Of a DNA stretch of 64,000 nt, positions 27,901 to 41,282 are shown piece by piece; the first letter of the stretch is position 1, and each line of letters begins with the position of its first letter. The DNA lies in NCBI GenBank assembly GCA_051294905.1, contig CM119372.1:12960001-13024000 (forward strand). The letters are read 5' to 3'. The DNA comes from Botryllus schlosseri (taxonomy: Eukaryota). The notes under the pieces were generated by a model that had not been told where the DNA came from, did not search any database, and saw only the letters and a program-made list of their open reading frames with translations. The translations under genes and the position numbers were made by a program.

Positions 27901-30900
27901 TGTTGCGCTTCGCGCTCAGTAGATATGGAGGGAAAAATATGTTTCAAAGAAAGTATCGGTGAATATAATTTAGATGCCGGGTTGCGTGGTTCCGTTCACA
28001 CCGCATTGTCGCCTAGATCAAATATTTCATCACAGTAAGTATGGCCCCCGTAACGTTTGAAACTACCGTTTGGCAACCTAGCAATTACCTGTTATACCTA
28101 GCAGCCCATGACGTGTACTAATCTGGAAAAGTGGACTTTTACTTTTTCAAACGTTAGACCTGTTTTAGCAGACCACCGTTGAAACTTTCTGCATAAAAGA
28201 CATGAAATATATTTCCGGCTCTATAGAAGTAGTATTTGTATTTTTCTTTCAATTACGAGTTTTATACGTTGTGCTCTAATTAGTCTCAGTTCTTTTGTCT
28301 GGAGAACATACATGTTGAAGTATAAAAGCAAGTGTAGAAATGCCCTATATTTTTCGAAAATAAAGCTATACATTATATGGCATTTTGACGATCTGCCATA
28401 TTTTTAATTAACATGTGGTATACTAATCACGCAAAGTGTTAAACCATATCCGACACAACTTCTCCGTATTACTACTCGACTGAACTAGGGGTCTTATAAT
28501 ATGGAGGAGGGCGTCATGCCATGATATTCTCTAAAACGGGGTGTTCGAGTAAACAAAGGATTAGTATCGCATTTCCATATCAATACTATCAGTTACATTC
28601 CATGATGTGGACGACTGCTTATTCTGTCAAAAATTGACACCTCCTGGGATGCATCAATATCAATCAAGCTCTCTACACCTTCTGCATAGCTCCATTTGCT
28701 GCTTTTGACAGTCCATGCGAACGAATTGCGATCGTTTTCACAACTACTTCCTTACTTGAGTAGATTTAAAGTCAGTCAATTCTACTTCTACTTAGAGTAG
28801 TTTTAAGTTGCTTATGAAAATAAGTACTTCTACTCGTACTTGAGTAGATTATTTCGACGGTACTTCTACTTCTAATTGAGTAGCTTTCTTAACTACTTTG
28901 ACCACCTCTGGGTAATTGTTCAGCCCAGTAAATCGGTTCAAATTTTTAGGTTTGTAGCAATATGGTCATCATTAAATTCCCACAATTCAGATTCTTGTTT
29001 ATCTCTAGAAGTGGGGCCGACAATATAATATATATCAATCTAACGAATGGTACAGATGGGTACAAGAGTGTAAAATGAATGCATGGATGATAGGATAGGG
29101 TTACTATACGTCCTCTTTTAAGAGGATTTGTCCTCTTTTTTGACTTCTTTGATAGTGTCTTTGGAGGACGCCAAAATGTGCTCTTTTTTGGGAATCTGTC
29201 CTCTTTTTTGATAATTTTGGTTGAATGTACGTGGAAATTGGACTGACATATAGCAAATCAGCGGCCAAGCAACGCTCCGACGTGTTTTGCGGGACTTGAG
29301 CCAGAAAAGTGACCTTTTTTTAGTCAACCAACGGAAAACCTGATAGAAATGGGCATTTAAGTTTTTAAGCCAGAAAGTTGAACTTTTTTAGTCAACCACA
29401 AAGTCGTGAAAAATTTACCATTTTCCCGGGTTTTACTGAAGTATTGTAACTCTGAAAATTTTGAAAAGTGTCCTCTTTTCACATTCCTAAAATATGGTAA
29501 CCCAAGTTTTAATGCCACTCTAGAGGTGGAAAATTACACACATGGATTCACAACTCACTCTCATCAGAGGTAAAATGTCCCAAGCAGCAATGCAGCCTTG
29601 CCTGGTAAATTGTCCTACAGCGATTTCCATAAACAGTAATGGTACACCGATAAGCACCGCAGAGAGCAGATATGGTACGAGGAAAGCTCCTGTGCAGAAA
29701 GTTAGATTATCCCCTGCATTCTATGCGAAAAGAGTATGCATTCACACCCAAAGGGCCGTCAAGGGTGATATACGAAAACATAACCTAACTCAGAATTATA
29801 TCGCGTTTATAAATCCTACATTCCTACGTGCACACATAATTTGGATTAATATGTTGTAGCTACACGATTTATACCACAATATAAATAGGGTTGCATTTAA
29901 AACAAATGGTGTTTTAAAACACTTTGTTTAAAACGTGTTTGCATAGTGTTTTAAAACATTGCCATTTTAAAAAGAACAGAATTGTGTTTTATTTTCAAAA
30001 GTGTATATTGCATAATTATGCCAGACTTACGTAAATACTTTCGAAAAACGTGTTGTATGAGCCTACGGACGATTTTCACCCGATATAGTAGACGTGCACG
30101 ATATGGAATGGTTGAATGAAACCCTCGAAATCGTCGTCGGTTCAATAGTTATAGCGCGCAGTTTTTGATCATTGGTACGGAATGGATGTTCTGATGATAA
30201 TGACCATCGACCGTAAAAATGCTGCATTACAACGTAGACCTGGTCCAACATATTTTTGGTCCGTTTAAAACAGTGGTCGGAAGCCTTTTTCGACAAAGGA
30301 GCCATATATTTACCCTCATTTTCCAATTGTCAATGTCATTCAACTATGACGTCACAATTAAAGAATCGTTACGTCAGGCCTAATAAAAAGCATAAAAAAA
30401 ATAAACATGTTTTAAACAAGGGCCATGTTATAAACATGTTTGATTAAAATTGATTTCTGATTTTAATGCAACCCTAGATTACAGATTGTATTATAGAACA
30501 CGGATTATGTATACTTGAATTGATTTTTTACTATAACTGACACGATAGTCCCACAGAAACAATAAGTATGGTAAGTCAATATTACCGCCACCGTTTTTGA
30601 AGCAAAGGTACGAAAATCTCCATATGTTGCCCAATCCTACATTATATCCTATCACGTTGAAAGCAAACTCGAACTTGTTTCTCCATGTTATCCTGCAAGC
30701 GAAGGGGGTGCGTTATATGTGTATAAATAATAATCAGTAGTATAAATGCATATACTTTACACAATAATAAAAGTATGACCTGCACACGTTCGCAGAATAA
30801 TTCACGTGACCAAATGGTATAATAGTCATTGCAATCGAATGGATATACCATAATATTTTATGCAGTTGTAGGGCAATTCTCGCATCGCATCATTCTGGAA

Positions 30901-31580
30901 ATTCAGGTCGAATGAAATATATTCGTGAAAGTCAAATAATTATGTATATTTTTCACATTGTATCCCACGTGGATAACTGAAAGATTTAAATAAACATGCA
31001 ACTTCTGTAGCGCTCGAATTTAATTCTTATTTCTATTTCTACCTAATTGTATTAATTGGTTTAGTAACTAGTTTAGTAAAACTCTTTCATAAATCCATAC
31101 CTTTGACCCAATTACACGTCTAGTATATAGCCTATCCTGTCATTACAAACAACATAGACAGATATAGGTTGAGCGTATGGTCACAAGTCATATTGTGCCA
31201 TTCATATACGAATCATGTATCACGTGGATTGTTTGATCTCTCCGCGGAAGAATATATTATCCACTTCGATCAACGCCTCAGGACAAGAAGTGCCGTTGAG
31301 AATTATGGATTGACGAAGCGGGGCTAGAATGAACCCCACAGGTAACGTAGTAAGCGAATAATTAATTTTACTAGGAAATTAACAAGTTCATCATGACTTC
31401 ATTACAATTGTATTCTGAGTATCTGATCGAATTCCAAAGTATAACACCCGAAAGCAATAAGCATCCCTTGTTTCCCACTCTTAATATTCAAGATTTAACA
31501 TACGTGGGTTAGCTATTCTCATTTAGATCTCACCTCGAATCGTCCCGAATACTATCGAATTTCTTTACGCTATTCGTCAT
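12955..31580 (-). CDS. SLC6 / sodium:neurotransmitter symporter family transporter (GABA/taurine/amino-acid type, divergent), 14 coding exons, ~590 aa
   Basis: Hand-spliced phase-compatible GT-AG exons: 31580-31534, 30692-30586, 29689-29559, 27261-27135, 26959-26809, 18703-18568, 18504-18370, 18303-18200, 18143-18019, 16887-16775, 15950-15816, 15747-15544, 15487-15317, 13041-12955 (1,773 nt, no internal stop). Motifs: [66 protein letters not shown]. The start exon is less certain. Confidence 0.93.
16108..16593. mobile_element. hAT-type MITE, TAGGGTTGCATT family (other copies ~29886-30476, 32190-32619, ~32868-33290, 44186-62058)
   Basis: TAGGGTT...AACCCTR ends, subterminal TTTAAAACA repeats, near-perfect 8-bp TSD CTGCATTC/CTGCAATC. 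Confidence 0.7.
16960..17310 (-). mobile_element. Penelope-like retroelement 3' remnant (GIY-YIG endonuclease C-terminus plus pseudo-LTR)
   Basis: [14 protein letters not shown]...[33 protein letters not shown] matches the C-terminal part of the PLE GIY-YIG domain; followed by a hammerhead motif. Confidence 0.8.
16969..17002 (-). ncRNA. Minimal type I hammerhead ribozyme motif, Penelope-associated
   Basis: Minus strand reads ACCC-CTGACGA-GTGTCAGCC-GAAA-ATAT-TC-GGGT: stem I, the CUGANGA and GAAA cores, palindromic stem III (AATATT) and a UC cleavage site. Lies ~110 nt 3' of a GIY-YIG ORF end. Stem II is weak. Confidence 0.6.
19690..20372. mobile_element. hAT (Charlie/Buster-like) MITE
   Basis: TIR CAGTGGTTCCCAACC, 8-bp TSD GCTTAGTC. 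Confidence 0.88.
22591..23118 (+). mobile_element. Truncated Gypsy element (CsRn1-like): LTR, PBS and decayed gag N-terminus
   Basis: TG...CA segment 22591-22742 with AATAAA, then TGGTGACC (tRNA-Trp-type PBS), then IKLPTFW...*FRQEEAQF...KFYYV..ALD...Y..IK.RL gag motif with a stop. No pol or 3' LTR. Confidence 0.75.
25147..25387. mobile_element. MITE with CAGGGC ends and GTATGG subterminal repeats (related copies ~21819-21960 and ~39768-40008)
   Basis: CAGGGC...GCCCTG termini; internal sequence shared with 39768-40008. Confidence 0.6.
27637..28910. mobile_element. Non-autonomous hAT element, AGTAGAAGTA-repeat family
   Basis: TIR CAGAGG(C/T)GGTCA, 8-bp TSD GGTAATTG. Inverted homolog of 35649-36727; partial copy at ~25555-26094. 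Confidence 0.85.
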
Positions 31581-32189
31581 TTCTACGTCAAATCCTGTAG
31601 TCGCTGCTCTGGAGTATGTCTGATATGTAGGAAAAAGCAGATGCAGGTTAAATGCCGACCCCTTATTTCATCATGCGAGCGTACACAGCAAGTGTGGAGA
31701 ATGAAGTATGGCTTGACTTGTGCGACACGCCTGACGTCTCCTGTATCGGGTCATATAGGAGCCGGTATCGCGGTTCAGTGTCACACACGAGTTGCTCAGG
31801 AATTCCCTTGTAAAATCCTGATCACGTGTCCAAGGAGCTCCCTTAAACTGAGCCGCATTGAGCTTAAATATACTATTGGCTTCAATTCGAAAAAGCAGGC
31901 CTTTTCAACCCATGTCGATTCCGTAGGGTACAAGTCGTACTTGGTACTATATACTACCTGATAGTTTGATCGCTGTAACTACGATGCGTAGAGGGCTTGA
32001 CTCGCGTTGCCGGTAATGCGTATGAAAAGAAGAGTTTATTTCAACTCAACATGTGAATATGGTGCCTCGCCATACCACTACTCGAGGGAGGCTGTCGTGA
32101 GAACAAGAGTAACGTGAAGAAAAGCGTGTCGCACTTTAATTATCAGTTTCTCTATGTACCGAGTAACATCCATGTTGGTGGGTCAGATG

Positions 32190-32619
32190 TAGGGTTTCAT
32201 TTAAAACAAACGGTGTTTTAAAACATTTTGTTTAAAAGATGTTTAAAACAGTGTGTAAAACAAAGGCCTATTTAAAAAAACAAAATTGTGTTTTTTAAGT
32301 TGCAAAATTATACCATGATTGTGTAAATACACTCCAAAAACATGTTGTATAAGCCTACGGACAATTACCACCCGATATAGCCGACGTATATCGATATGGG
32401 ATGGTTTGAACCCTCAAAATAGTCGATTCAACAGCAATAGTACGGATATTTTGTCGAAGGAGCTCTCTTTACCCTCTATTTTAAATTATCAATGTCAATG
32501 CACTATGAAATAACAATTGAATTTTCGTGACGTCATGACTTAAAAAAAAATGTTTTAAATAAGGGCCTTGTTTTAAACATGTTTGTCTTGAGTTGATTTT
32601 TGTTTTAAATGAAACCCTA
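32190..32619. mobile_element. hAT-type MITE, TAGGGTT family
   Basis: TIR TAGGGTTTCATTTAAAACAAA, 8-bp TSD GTCAGATG. Confidence 0.85.
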
Positions 32620-34035
32620 GTCAGATGTAAATCCGTGTGCCAATACGATAAATGGGATAAACCATAAACGTTCGCGAAAATGGCAAACCAACAATCCAAT
32701 GAATAAGTAGTGTTCGATTCTGTGGGAATTGAACCTGGATCTTTAACAATGTACTCTGTAAACGAGAAATGTGGATATACTCTTCAGTGCAAAATCTTCA
32801 TCATACCATGGGATGCATGCGGATATTGGTGGTACGTCATGTGACCTATAAAAATCATAGCAGTATCTAGGGTTGCATTGCATGCAGCCTACGAAATCAA
32901 AATCAATTTAAAACAAACATGTTAAAATTATCGCCCTTGTTTAAAACATGTTTTTATTGTATTTTTTTTGTTGCTGTCTTTTAGCCACGTCACGAGGCCT
33001 CAATTGTGACGTCACAGTGGATTAACATTGACAATTGAAAATATAGGGTAAATATGGCTACGTCGACGAAAAAGGCTTTCGACCACTGTCATAAACATAC
33101 AAAAAATATCTTTAACCAGAACAATACATAGTTATGCAAACGGTCGGCGGTCATCATTATCAGAACACCCATTCCGTACAAATGAGCTATATCTACATAC
33201 AACTGTTGAACCGATTACGATTTCGAGGGTTCCATATAGTCACTCCACATCGTATACGGCGAATATATTGGGTGCAAAATCTACTGCTGCGATCCGCCGT
33301 AACCAAACTCTCTTGTGCATCACTCTTGTCTATAATGTACCGAAAAGTGTTCGAATGGGCGCGCCAAAGACTACAGCAGTGGTGCCCAACTCAAATTGCG
33401 TCGCGGGCCAGATTCAAACCTTGAGATCGCTCGCGGGCCGGTCCAATCATACGATTATAAGTGTACCTCATGCCGCTTTCTTTAAACTTGAACACGGTAC
33501 TGTTCTAGCAATACTTTTATTTGCGAATAATGGAATTGGCACAAAACGGTGATTGGCAGCCATGAAGAGTTAAAACAGTGGCGCTAACAACGATATAAGT
33601 CGGCATATTCGGCGATATTCCTATTCTCTCTTGGATTCAGTTGAAATCTGGCGTCAGTTCTGTGTATGCGTTGTGAGGAATACGTGAGATTTAACCGTAA
33701 ACTCGGACATTTGAATGTGGTTTATCATTATTGAATCGCGATTCTGGTTCTTCTGGGGGCCTGGGACCTTTCAAATCGGAAGTGACACGGCAGCACGACC
33801 ACAGATTCAAATAATATTTTTGTGTAACTGATATATTCTCCGTGTAACCCACATATAATGGTTACATAGTGGCGTTTTCGCCTCTGTGAATAACCACTTT
33901 TTGATTGATTCTTCCAAAAAAAACTTGGAACTCGGTATTCACTTTTTTGCCTTCTCAAAATTGGGTGTCAATGTCAGTTATGTCACCAACCTGTTTCTAA
34001 TGGTAACTAGAGTGAAACCACAACACCGTGTATAT

Positions 34036-34390
34036 TAGGGTTAGCATATTTTGGAAATCTGAATTTTTAGAATTGCAAAAGCGGAGAAAAATCTCGACCA
34101 AACGGTAAATTTTTCTCACTTCGTGGTCGGTTAATTTAAAAAAGGTCAACTTTCTCGCTTAGTGCCCAAAATACAGTTTTTCTTTCACATTATCAGGTGG
34201 TTGACTAAAAAAAAGGTCAACATTCCGGTTCAGTTCCGTAAATACCCGCCGGAGCGTTACTTCGGTGCTGATTTACGATCAGTCGAATTTGGCCGTAAAT
34301 TTGACCAAAATTCTCAAAAAAGAGGACAAATGGGCGTCCTCCGAGGACACTTTAAAAAAAGTCAAAAAAGAGGACGTATGGTAATCCCTA
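34036..34390. mobile_element. hAT-type MITE, TAGGGTTACCA/GAGGACA family (other copies ~14170-14412, ~29096-29503, ~42382-43307)
   Basis: TAGGG...CCCTA ends, 8-bp TSD GTGTATAT, repeated AGAGGAC motifs. Confidence 0.75.
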
Positions 34391-35109
34391 GTGTATATAA
34401 CGTGACTAGCTATGAAAAAATTCAACATGCTCGGGAATTGCTGTCTTGAAGGATTATTTAATGAGAATATTTCCCATACGTCAACATTTGTTACGAATTT
34501 GAATCAAGCCTTTTTCAAACTATTACTCAGAATTGCTTCGCGGGCCGGATAACATGACATATAACATAACTTGATGTGTCGTGGCGCGATACTGACCGTA
34601 CCGAAATGCATATTTTTTTATTGAACGGAGGAGTATGCATATTAAAATTAAGATATCTAGCAAAAGTAAATCGCTCAGCACGAAGAAAATTTTCAAATTT
34701 AATAAACCTCTCAAAAATACTCCATAATAAATGCTGATTTCGGGTCCCCTTCAAGCTTCCATCCACCCAATAGGGTCCATCAAACCACTAGGTGTCGCCA
34801 GACTTTAGGTGGTAACCGCCCTTGTTACGTATGCGGTTGCCGTATTCAGAAACCTGTAGGTTACTTTCTCGATTGTGTAAGGGTATTTTATATGGAAAAA
34901 ATGGCTACAACATATTCTACGGGGACCGTGAGCTCGCTATAAAATGAACTAAAACTTCGGAAAGCTTCTACGGAAGGAAATAAGGCCGATTTGATAACTA
35001 GGTGAGAATGTGAAATTGTCAACTAAATGTCGGCTACCAGCTCAGCACCAGAAGTTTTCGAAGTTTCGAAGTTTCTATCTTTGGATAGGCCTATCGGTAA
35101 TCCCGAACC

Positions 35110-35630
35110 GTTTGGTGAAACCATCTACCTCACATCATGCGTGCTCGATCCGAAATTTGCTTTCCATTGGCTCATGGATCTAAATTGCTCAGAACAATCC
35201 CGAATTGCACTGCGTCAGAAAATAATCGAGTTGATAACGACTGAGGCTGACACCCATTCATACAATATGACCAGCCAAGGTACAAAATCATCCAGTGACT
35301 CAAGACTTTTCAATTATACAAGCAAACAATCGAGCAAAGTTCAATTAGAGCCAATGCAATGACTCAGATGGTCAAGTACTTGGAAGAGACTGATAAACTC
35401 ATGTGTAGATTTGAAAGCGATGATTCTTTTCGTTTTTGGGCGACTCGAAAGAATGAGTATCCAATGCTCTTCAGTGTGGTTCAAAATGCTTGTCAATTCC
35501 TGCATCTAGTGCACCTGTGGAACGTGTAATCAGTAGAGGTGGATTTATTCTAAGGCCATGCCGCTCTAATAGATCTGAGGATGTCCTTTCCACTTTGATA
35601 TTTTTGAAGTGTAACTCATCATTGATTTGA
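35110..35630 (+). pseudogene. hAT transposase C-terminal (dimerisation domain) remnant
   Basis: VLDPKF...W, FW....EYP.L, IPASSAPVERV.S.GG....R.......L..LIFLKCN; interrupted by frameshifts. Confidence 0.85.
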
Positions 35631-35648
35631 TCTGCTGTCTGTTAAAAC

Positions 35649-36727
35649 CAGAGGGGGTCAAAGTAGTCAAGAAAGCTACTCAAGTAGAAGTAGAAGTAGC
35701 GACGAAAAAATCTACTCAAGTACGAGTAGAAGTACTTCTTCCATAAGCAACCTAAAACTACTTGAAGTAGAAGTAGAATTTACTGACTTTAAAAGTACTC
35801 AAGTAAGTAAGTAGTTGTGAAAACGATCCTAATTCGTTCACATGGATTGTAAAAAGGTGCAAATTGAGCTAGGCGAAAGGTGACGAGCTTGAATCATATT
35901 GATGCATACCAGCAGGTATCCAATTTTCGATAGCAGAAGCATTCGTCCACTTAACAGGATGAAAATGATAGTATTATTATGGAAATGCGATTATCATCTG
36001 TTTTCTCGAACAGCACGTTTTAGAAAATAGCATGGTATGGCGCCATCCCCCATATTATAAGGTCCGTAGTTTAGTCGAAGAGCAATACGGAGAAGTTGTA
36101 AAGGATACGGTGTAAACACTTTGCGCGATTAGTAAACGTTAATAAAAATATGGGGGACCGTAAAAATGCCACATTGTGTAGGACGTGACATGGACATGCT
36201 AAATTACGACATAACAAGTAAATGATAGATTGCGAAACATCAGTTTCAAACGATATGGTGAGCCATATATACCGTGATGAATTATTTCATATGGGCGAAG
36301 GGCGACAATGTGGTGTGAACGCAGGGATATCTAGTTCTAGATATCCCTGTGTGAACGGAATCACACCAACCCGCTACCTAAATTATATTCGTCGATACTT
36401 TCGTGAAATCATACTAGAAACTCCGTGTCCACTGCGCGCGAAGCGCGACGAAAATTCTGGGCTTTACTCAACTTTTATGAAAATTAAATGTTGATGCTCC
36501 GTGAAAACAGCGCCGAAATTCCTCAGGCTATCTTCCTGATTGGAAGATTGAACTACTTCTACTTGACAAACTGAAAATAGCGAAAAGTAAGTAAGTAGAT
36601 CACAAAATATAACGAAGTAGAAGTTGAAGTAGCGAAAATCAGATCTACTTGAGTAAGTACCAGAAGTAGAGGAAAACTACTTGAGTACTTCGAAAAAGTA
36701 GAAGTACTTCGTTACTGACCACCTCTG
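35649..36727. mobile_element. Non-autonomous hAT element, AGTAGAAGTA-repeat family
   Basis: TIR CAGAGG(G/T)GGTCA, 8-bp TSD GTTAAAAC. Confidence 0.85.
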
Positions 36728-37915
36728 GTTAAAACACACAATACCGTCTGTCCACTTGACGTTTTGTTAGGTATGTGCATTGTGCACATGTGTAATAATG
36801 AATGGCTATTGCTGCGTGATGTTTGTACAATAGGGCTGTTAAAAATAACTTCTTTTTTATTTTACTGGGTGGCTACTTGATAAAATACATAATGTAATTA
36901 CATACTAGTAGTAAGCCAACTATTTTTTCATATCCAAAACATTCTACTCTGATAACTTCACTTCTTCTAGTTGGAATTGAGCCAAATTTGCTATGAATCA
37001 TATTTTTACACAATGTAACAATATCATGAGATAGCCGGTATAATTCGAAAATCTCTATTTGTAATTAATCCAAAATTTTCTTTCGTAGCATTGCTTTCTA
37101 CTGGTTAGAATTCAGCCAAATTTGATTTTTTTTAGGCAATCTAACAATTTTAAGAAGTAGCCGGAAAATTTGAAAAAATGTTTTTGAACAGCCCCATTGC
37201 ACAGTTATTTCTCCGATGCTGTAACTGTGATGTAGTCTGTAATGCAATTGAGAAAACCTTTTTATAGTAATATCAAAAGGAATCTTTTCTTTTGTCACTG
37301 CACAATGCACGCTTTTACAGCATGCTGGCCTGGTGCAAATACCTCTACATAAACATGCATCTGTTGATTCTTTATCAGATAGTATGTAGACGTGAATTCG
37401 TTGGTTCTCTATCAGATATTTGTGAGCTATCGTCGATGTGCTCATAATAAAAAAACTGAATGCTTGTATTGGTGATGTATCAGACTGACAAGACAGATAT
37501 TTGATTTTAAATTCTAAGATTAGTTAAGTTATCTGTAGCATCAGTAAATGAGGCCAGGACCTGTCCGTTATCTGCCTAAATAAACACGTGCCAAGACTCT
37601 TGATAGGGACAAAATGAGCGTGTTTGGCAAGCAAGTAATTCGATATCACTCCAGCAGGATTGAAAACATGAGTTGAACATGACTTCAATACTGTGACTTG
37701 GACTCGACTCGAGTCATAACACTATGACTCGGACTTGACCCTTTGAACGGTCACTTGGACTCGGACTCGACGATGAATTGAAAATGACTCGACTTGACTC
37801 GAGTCAAAACCACAAAAGTAAGATTGACTCGTGACTCGGAACCATGTGACTTGGTTACAACCCTGGATTCAACGAAAGTTTTTCAAATGAAATTGAAACT
37901 ATTTTACTATTACTA

Positions 37916-39612
37916 TCACGCAATCATTTTCCTCATGTCGAGATCGGTTTCCTCGGCATCCAACTTCGTTGTGAGCCTTGACATCGTGACGTATTTCCAC
38001 TTCTGTTAAAAATATTGGAGTACGATATCTGTATGTGCATTAAGGCAATACAATGCGTTATATAGATATTTAAACAATCTGAAGGACCACTGAAGATCAA
38101 CGCTAACGTCACTCCTATATGTATAGTGTATACCTAGCGGTGGTCAGTACTGCTAATTATTCGTAGTACTTAATTGGGTTTCTCTACTTGCACTACTCCC
38201 TCAGTCACTCAAATGGTTACGTTTTTATACTACTTCGACTTCTACTTCAACATTTATGTTTTGCTATGTGAAAAGTAGCATTTCGATAGATTCACATCAC
38301 TTCCAAGTGTAGTATTGTCCTTGGTGTCCTCTAAACTGGGCGACGCTGACCCAGCATGATGGTACAAGATTATAATTTCGAAAATTGCTACTATTTTGAC
38401 CCCATAAGTCATTATGCGTTCGTCGTGAATATACATTTGACAAGATAAAATATTATCACCGATGGATTGTCTCACAAAATACAGAAGCATCACTGCATCG
38501 CGACAACTGTATATATTTTCCAACATCGCACCTCTTTGTAGTGTCATTTGTCGGTTTGCGTTAGTCGCTAAGATGTGCTCTGCAATACCCAGCTCCGAAT
38601 AACTGCTAAAAAATGGGACCCCTTGGCCAAATCTACTTTTTCCAACTACTTGAATAGTTCTCAGACCTGCCGTTTTATACTGCTACTAGTTTGTCTTGAA
38701 AATCGCTATTCCTACTTGCAATTGAGTAAAATTTTACGGCATTACTTCTAATTGTACCTAAATACCAACAATTACTACTTTGACCACGTCTCAATGTAAT
38801 TGTTTGCATCACGTCGATTTAGCAGTGTTGTGATGACTCGACTCACGTTTTAATATGACTAGACTTGACTCGGACTTGGCGTGTGAGTAGTCTGAAATGA
38901 CTGGTATTTATGAGGTCAACTTTTGTTGTCAATTTTCAATTCATCAAATATTCTACTTCGCAAAGCCTTCTGAGTCTTCTTAGTCGCATTGTGAAGTGAC
39001 CACCTAATCAATAGGCGTCTCCATTCCATAAACGCTATATGGTCCACAGATCGTATAGTAGCAATTCTTACCTCGCGGAATGTTGCTCCACGTGCTCTAC
39101 AAAACACGCATAAACCCACGACAGAAATACACAGCATTGACGAAAGGTGAAGAGCCCATCCAATAACCGCCCCACCACGGATAAGAATAATTTCCTAATT
39201 TCAGTGGGGTGTATTCCACACAGCATGCAATGAAGATGGCCTAGAAGTATAATCGCGGTGGATCGGTATCGCATCGGCTATTTGCAAGAGGGTGCTTTAT
39301 AACTACCACGCAGAATAATGGTGTGATAAACTGGATACGCAGTATTTCATCAAGACTGACGGAAAATATCCTATCGTGGACTTCACGTTATCCCAAAACT
39401 TGTCGATTCCGTAGATCCATGCCACTGCGACGCGCAGTTTCGGCTATTGGCACCCATAGCAACACAATACCGCTAGCGCCGTAACGATTCACAAGTTCGA
39501 AAATATAGATTCCAAAAATTTCAATCAATATGCCGACTTCAGTTTCATCAATCGGATCATGTCACTCACGTCTGCAAATTGAGGCAAGCTTAGTAGTATC
39601 AGTGATCCACAC
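37916..39612 (-). pseudogene. SLC6 3'-end pseudogene fragment (copy C: part of exon 11 and exons 12-14)
   Basis: High similarity to 15317-15856 and 12955-13041. Exon 12 has lost its acceptor and has +4 and +2 insertions. Exon 13 (39240-39072) has a 2-nt deletion. Exon 14 (38002-37916, KWKYVTMSRL...MIA*) is intact. Confidence 0.88.
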
Positions 39613-41022
39613 TAGATTTACATATCAATAGATTCTGTTGTGATTTCCAAATGATCCCGTGTGTTAGGTGTGTAGGCCTATATATTATACGTTCCGTCGT
39701 CGATGATTAGGCAACATACATTGCCGACGACATATAATATAAAGAAACTGGGAGATCAATGGTGCATCAGGGCTGTTTAAATGGATAATTTCATCCAAAA
39801 TAATTAGAATAAAAACGCCGCAACATTTCCACATACCAAAAATAGAATATCACTTGAGAGGTTGGGCAAGCCGCGAAAGTATGGAAAAAGTATCAAATAT
39901 GGTATGGAATAATGTTGCTATGGTAAGGAAAATTGTCAACTATGGTATGGAACGATTGGGCGGGTATGGAGTATGGAAAATTCCCATTCCATACCATACC
40001 ATGCCCTGCGAACGTAACGATAAGAAGATGTGTATCATGGCTTTAGTTCTGAAAGACGACCAAGGTCTGAACCACCTGAATTCGGTGCCATCAGGTTCGA
40101 ACATTTTGATTTGCGAAAACTATCGCTGAGGCTGCGTAATACGCGCGCGTTCACCAGAGATCAGGGACTCGCTAATTGACAGCACTTCCGGACTCTTCGG
40201 CAAGCTTATCATACGCCTAAAATCGTCAACAAGATGAGATTATATCATCATCATTTACACATGTACTTAACCTGAACTGAATTGATGCAATATTGGTAAA
40301 TTTGAAAAAAATCCTATGATTCTACGACTGGCTACGCGCCTAGCGTGTGCTGAGAAGCACCATCATAGATCTCCTCTCCCGACCACGCGCCCAAATAGAC
40401 GTTCTGCTTTTCTAAAATCTATATTATGTTCGCCCATATTCGTTTACAAAACCATTCTTGAGGTAGCTAGCTTCGCGATAGTCTTGGTAATCACAGCGCG
40501 AAATTGGAGGGTGTGTTGGTGTGTGCCTGTATATTGGAATTCATTTCTGCGCATATTCGTTTCTCTAACAAGGTTTTGCCAGTGACATTAATCCGGACAC
40601 CGATATGAGATAACACTTGCCACGACGAAAGCTTCTTAATACGGTGTCAGACTCAAAACCCATTCGTGGCGATACTGATTAGAATACATGCTTTCTCGTT
40701 TGTCATCATCTATATTTCTTGTTATCTGCTTGATACATTCGTACTCTGAAATTGTCGCACAATGTCATTTTTAAGTGTTATTCTCGTTATTAACGTGCAG
40801 TATGCCATGCCATTTTCAAATATTGATGAATCACGAGATTCTGGGTGGCACAAACTCTGAATGTATTCGATTCGTTTGAACAGATTTCGATAAACTTGAT
40901 AGCTGGACGTACTTGTATCGAGAACAACAATATCGAATTTTAAACTATTGGGCATTTGGTACAGACTCGATTTCTATTGATAAGATCGCGGCATCCGCCC
41001 GGAACTGGAATTAATTCTAGCC

Positions 41023-41282
41023 CAGGGGTAGCCAACCTGTGGCCGTAGAAGGAAATTTGTGCGGTCTTCAACACGTAATTCAATTAGTATGTGTTGGCGG
41101 CCGTCGATTTTCGTACGTATAATAAGCCGATATGAAAACGTATATTAGTCCGGAATTCACCGGTAATGGGCAGCGGCAGTTTAATATGGATATTAGGCGT
41201 CCACTATGTCCAGGAATGCGGTCGTCGGCTGCTCAAGTTATCAAAATGCGGCCGTGAATCGCAAAAAGGTTGACCACGCCTG
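41023..41282. mobile_element. hAT-type MITE
   Basis: CAGGGGTAGCCAACC / GGTTGACCACGCCTG, 8-bp TSD TTCTAGCC. Confidence 0.8.
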
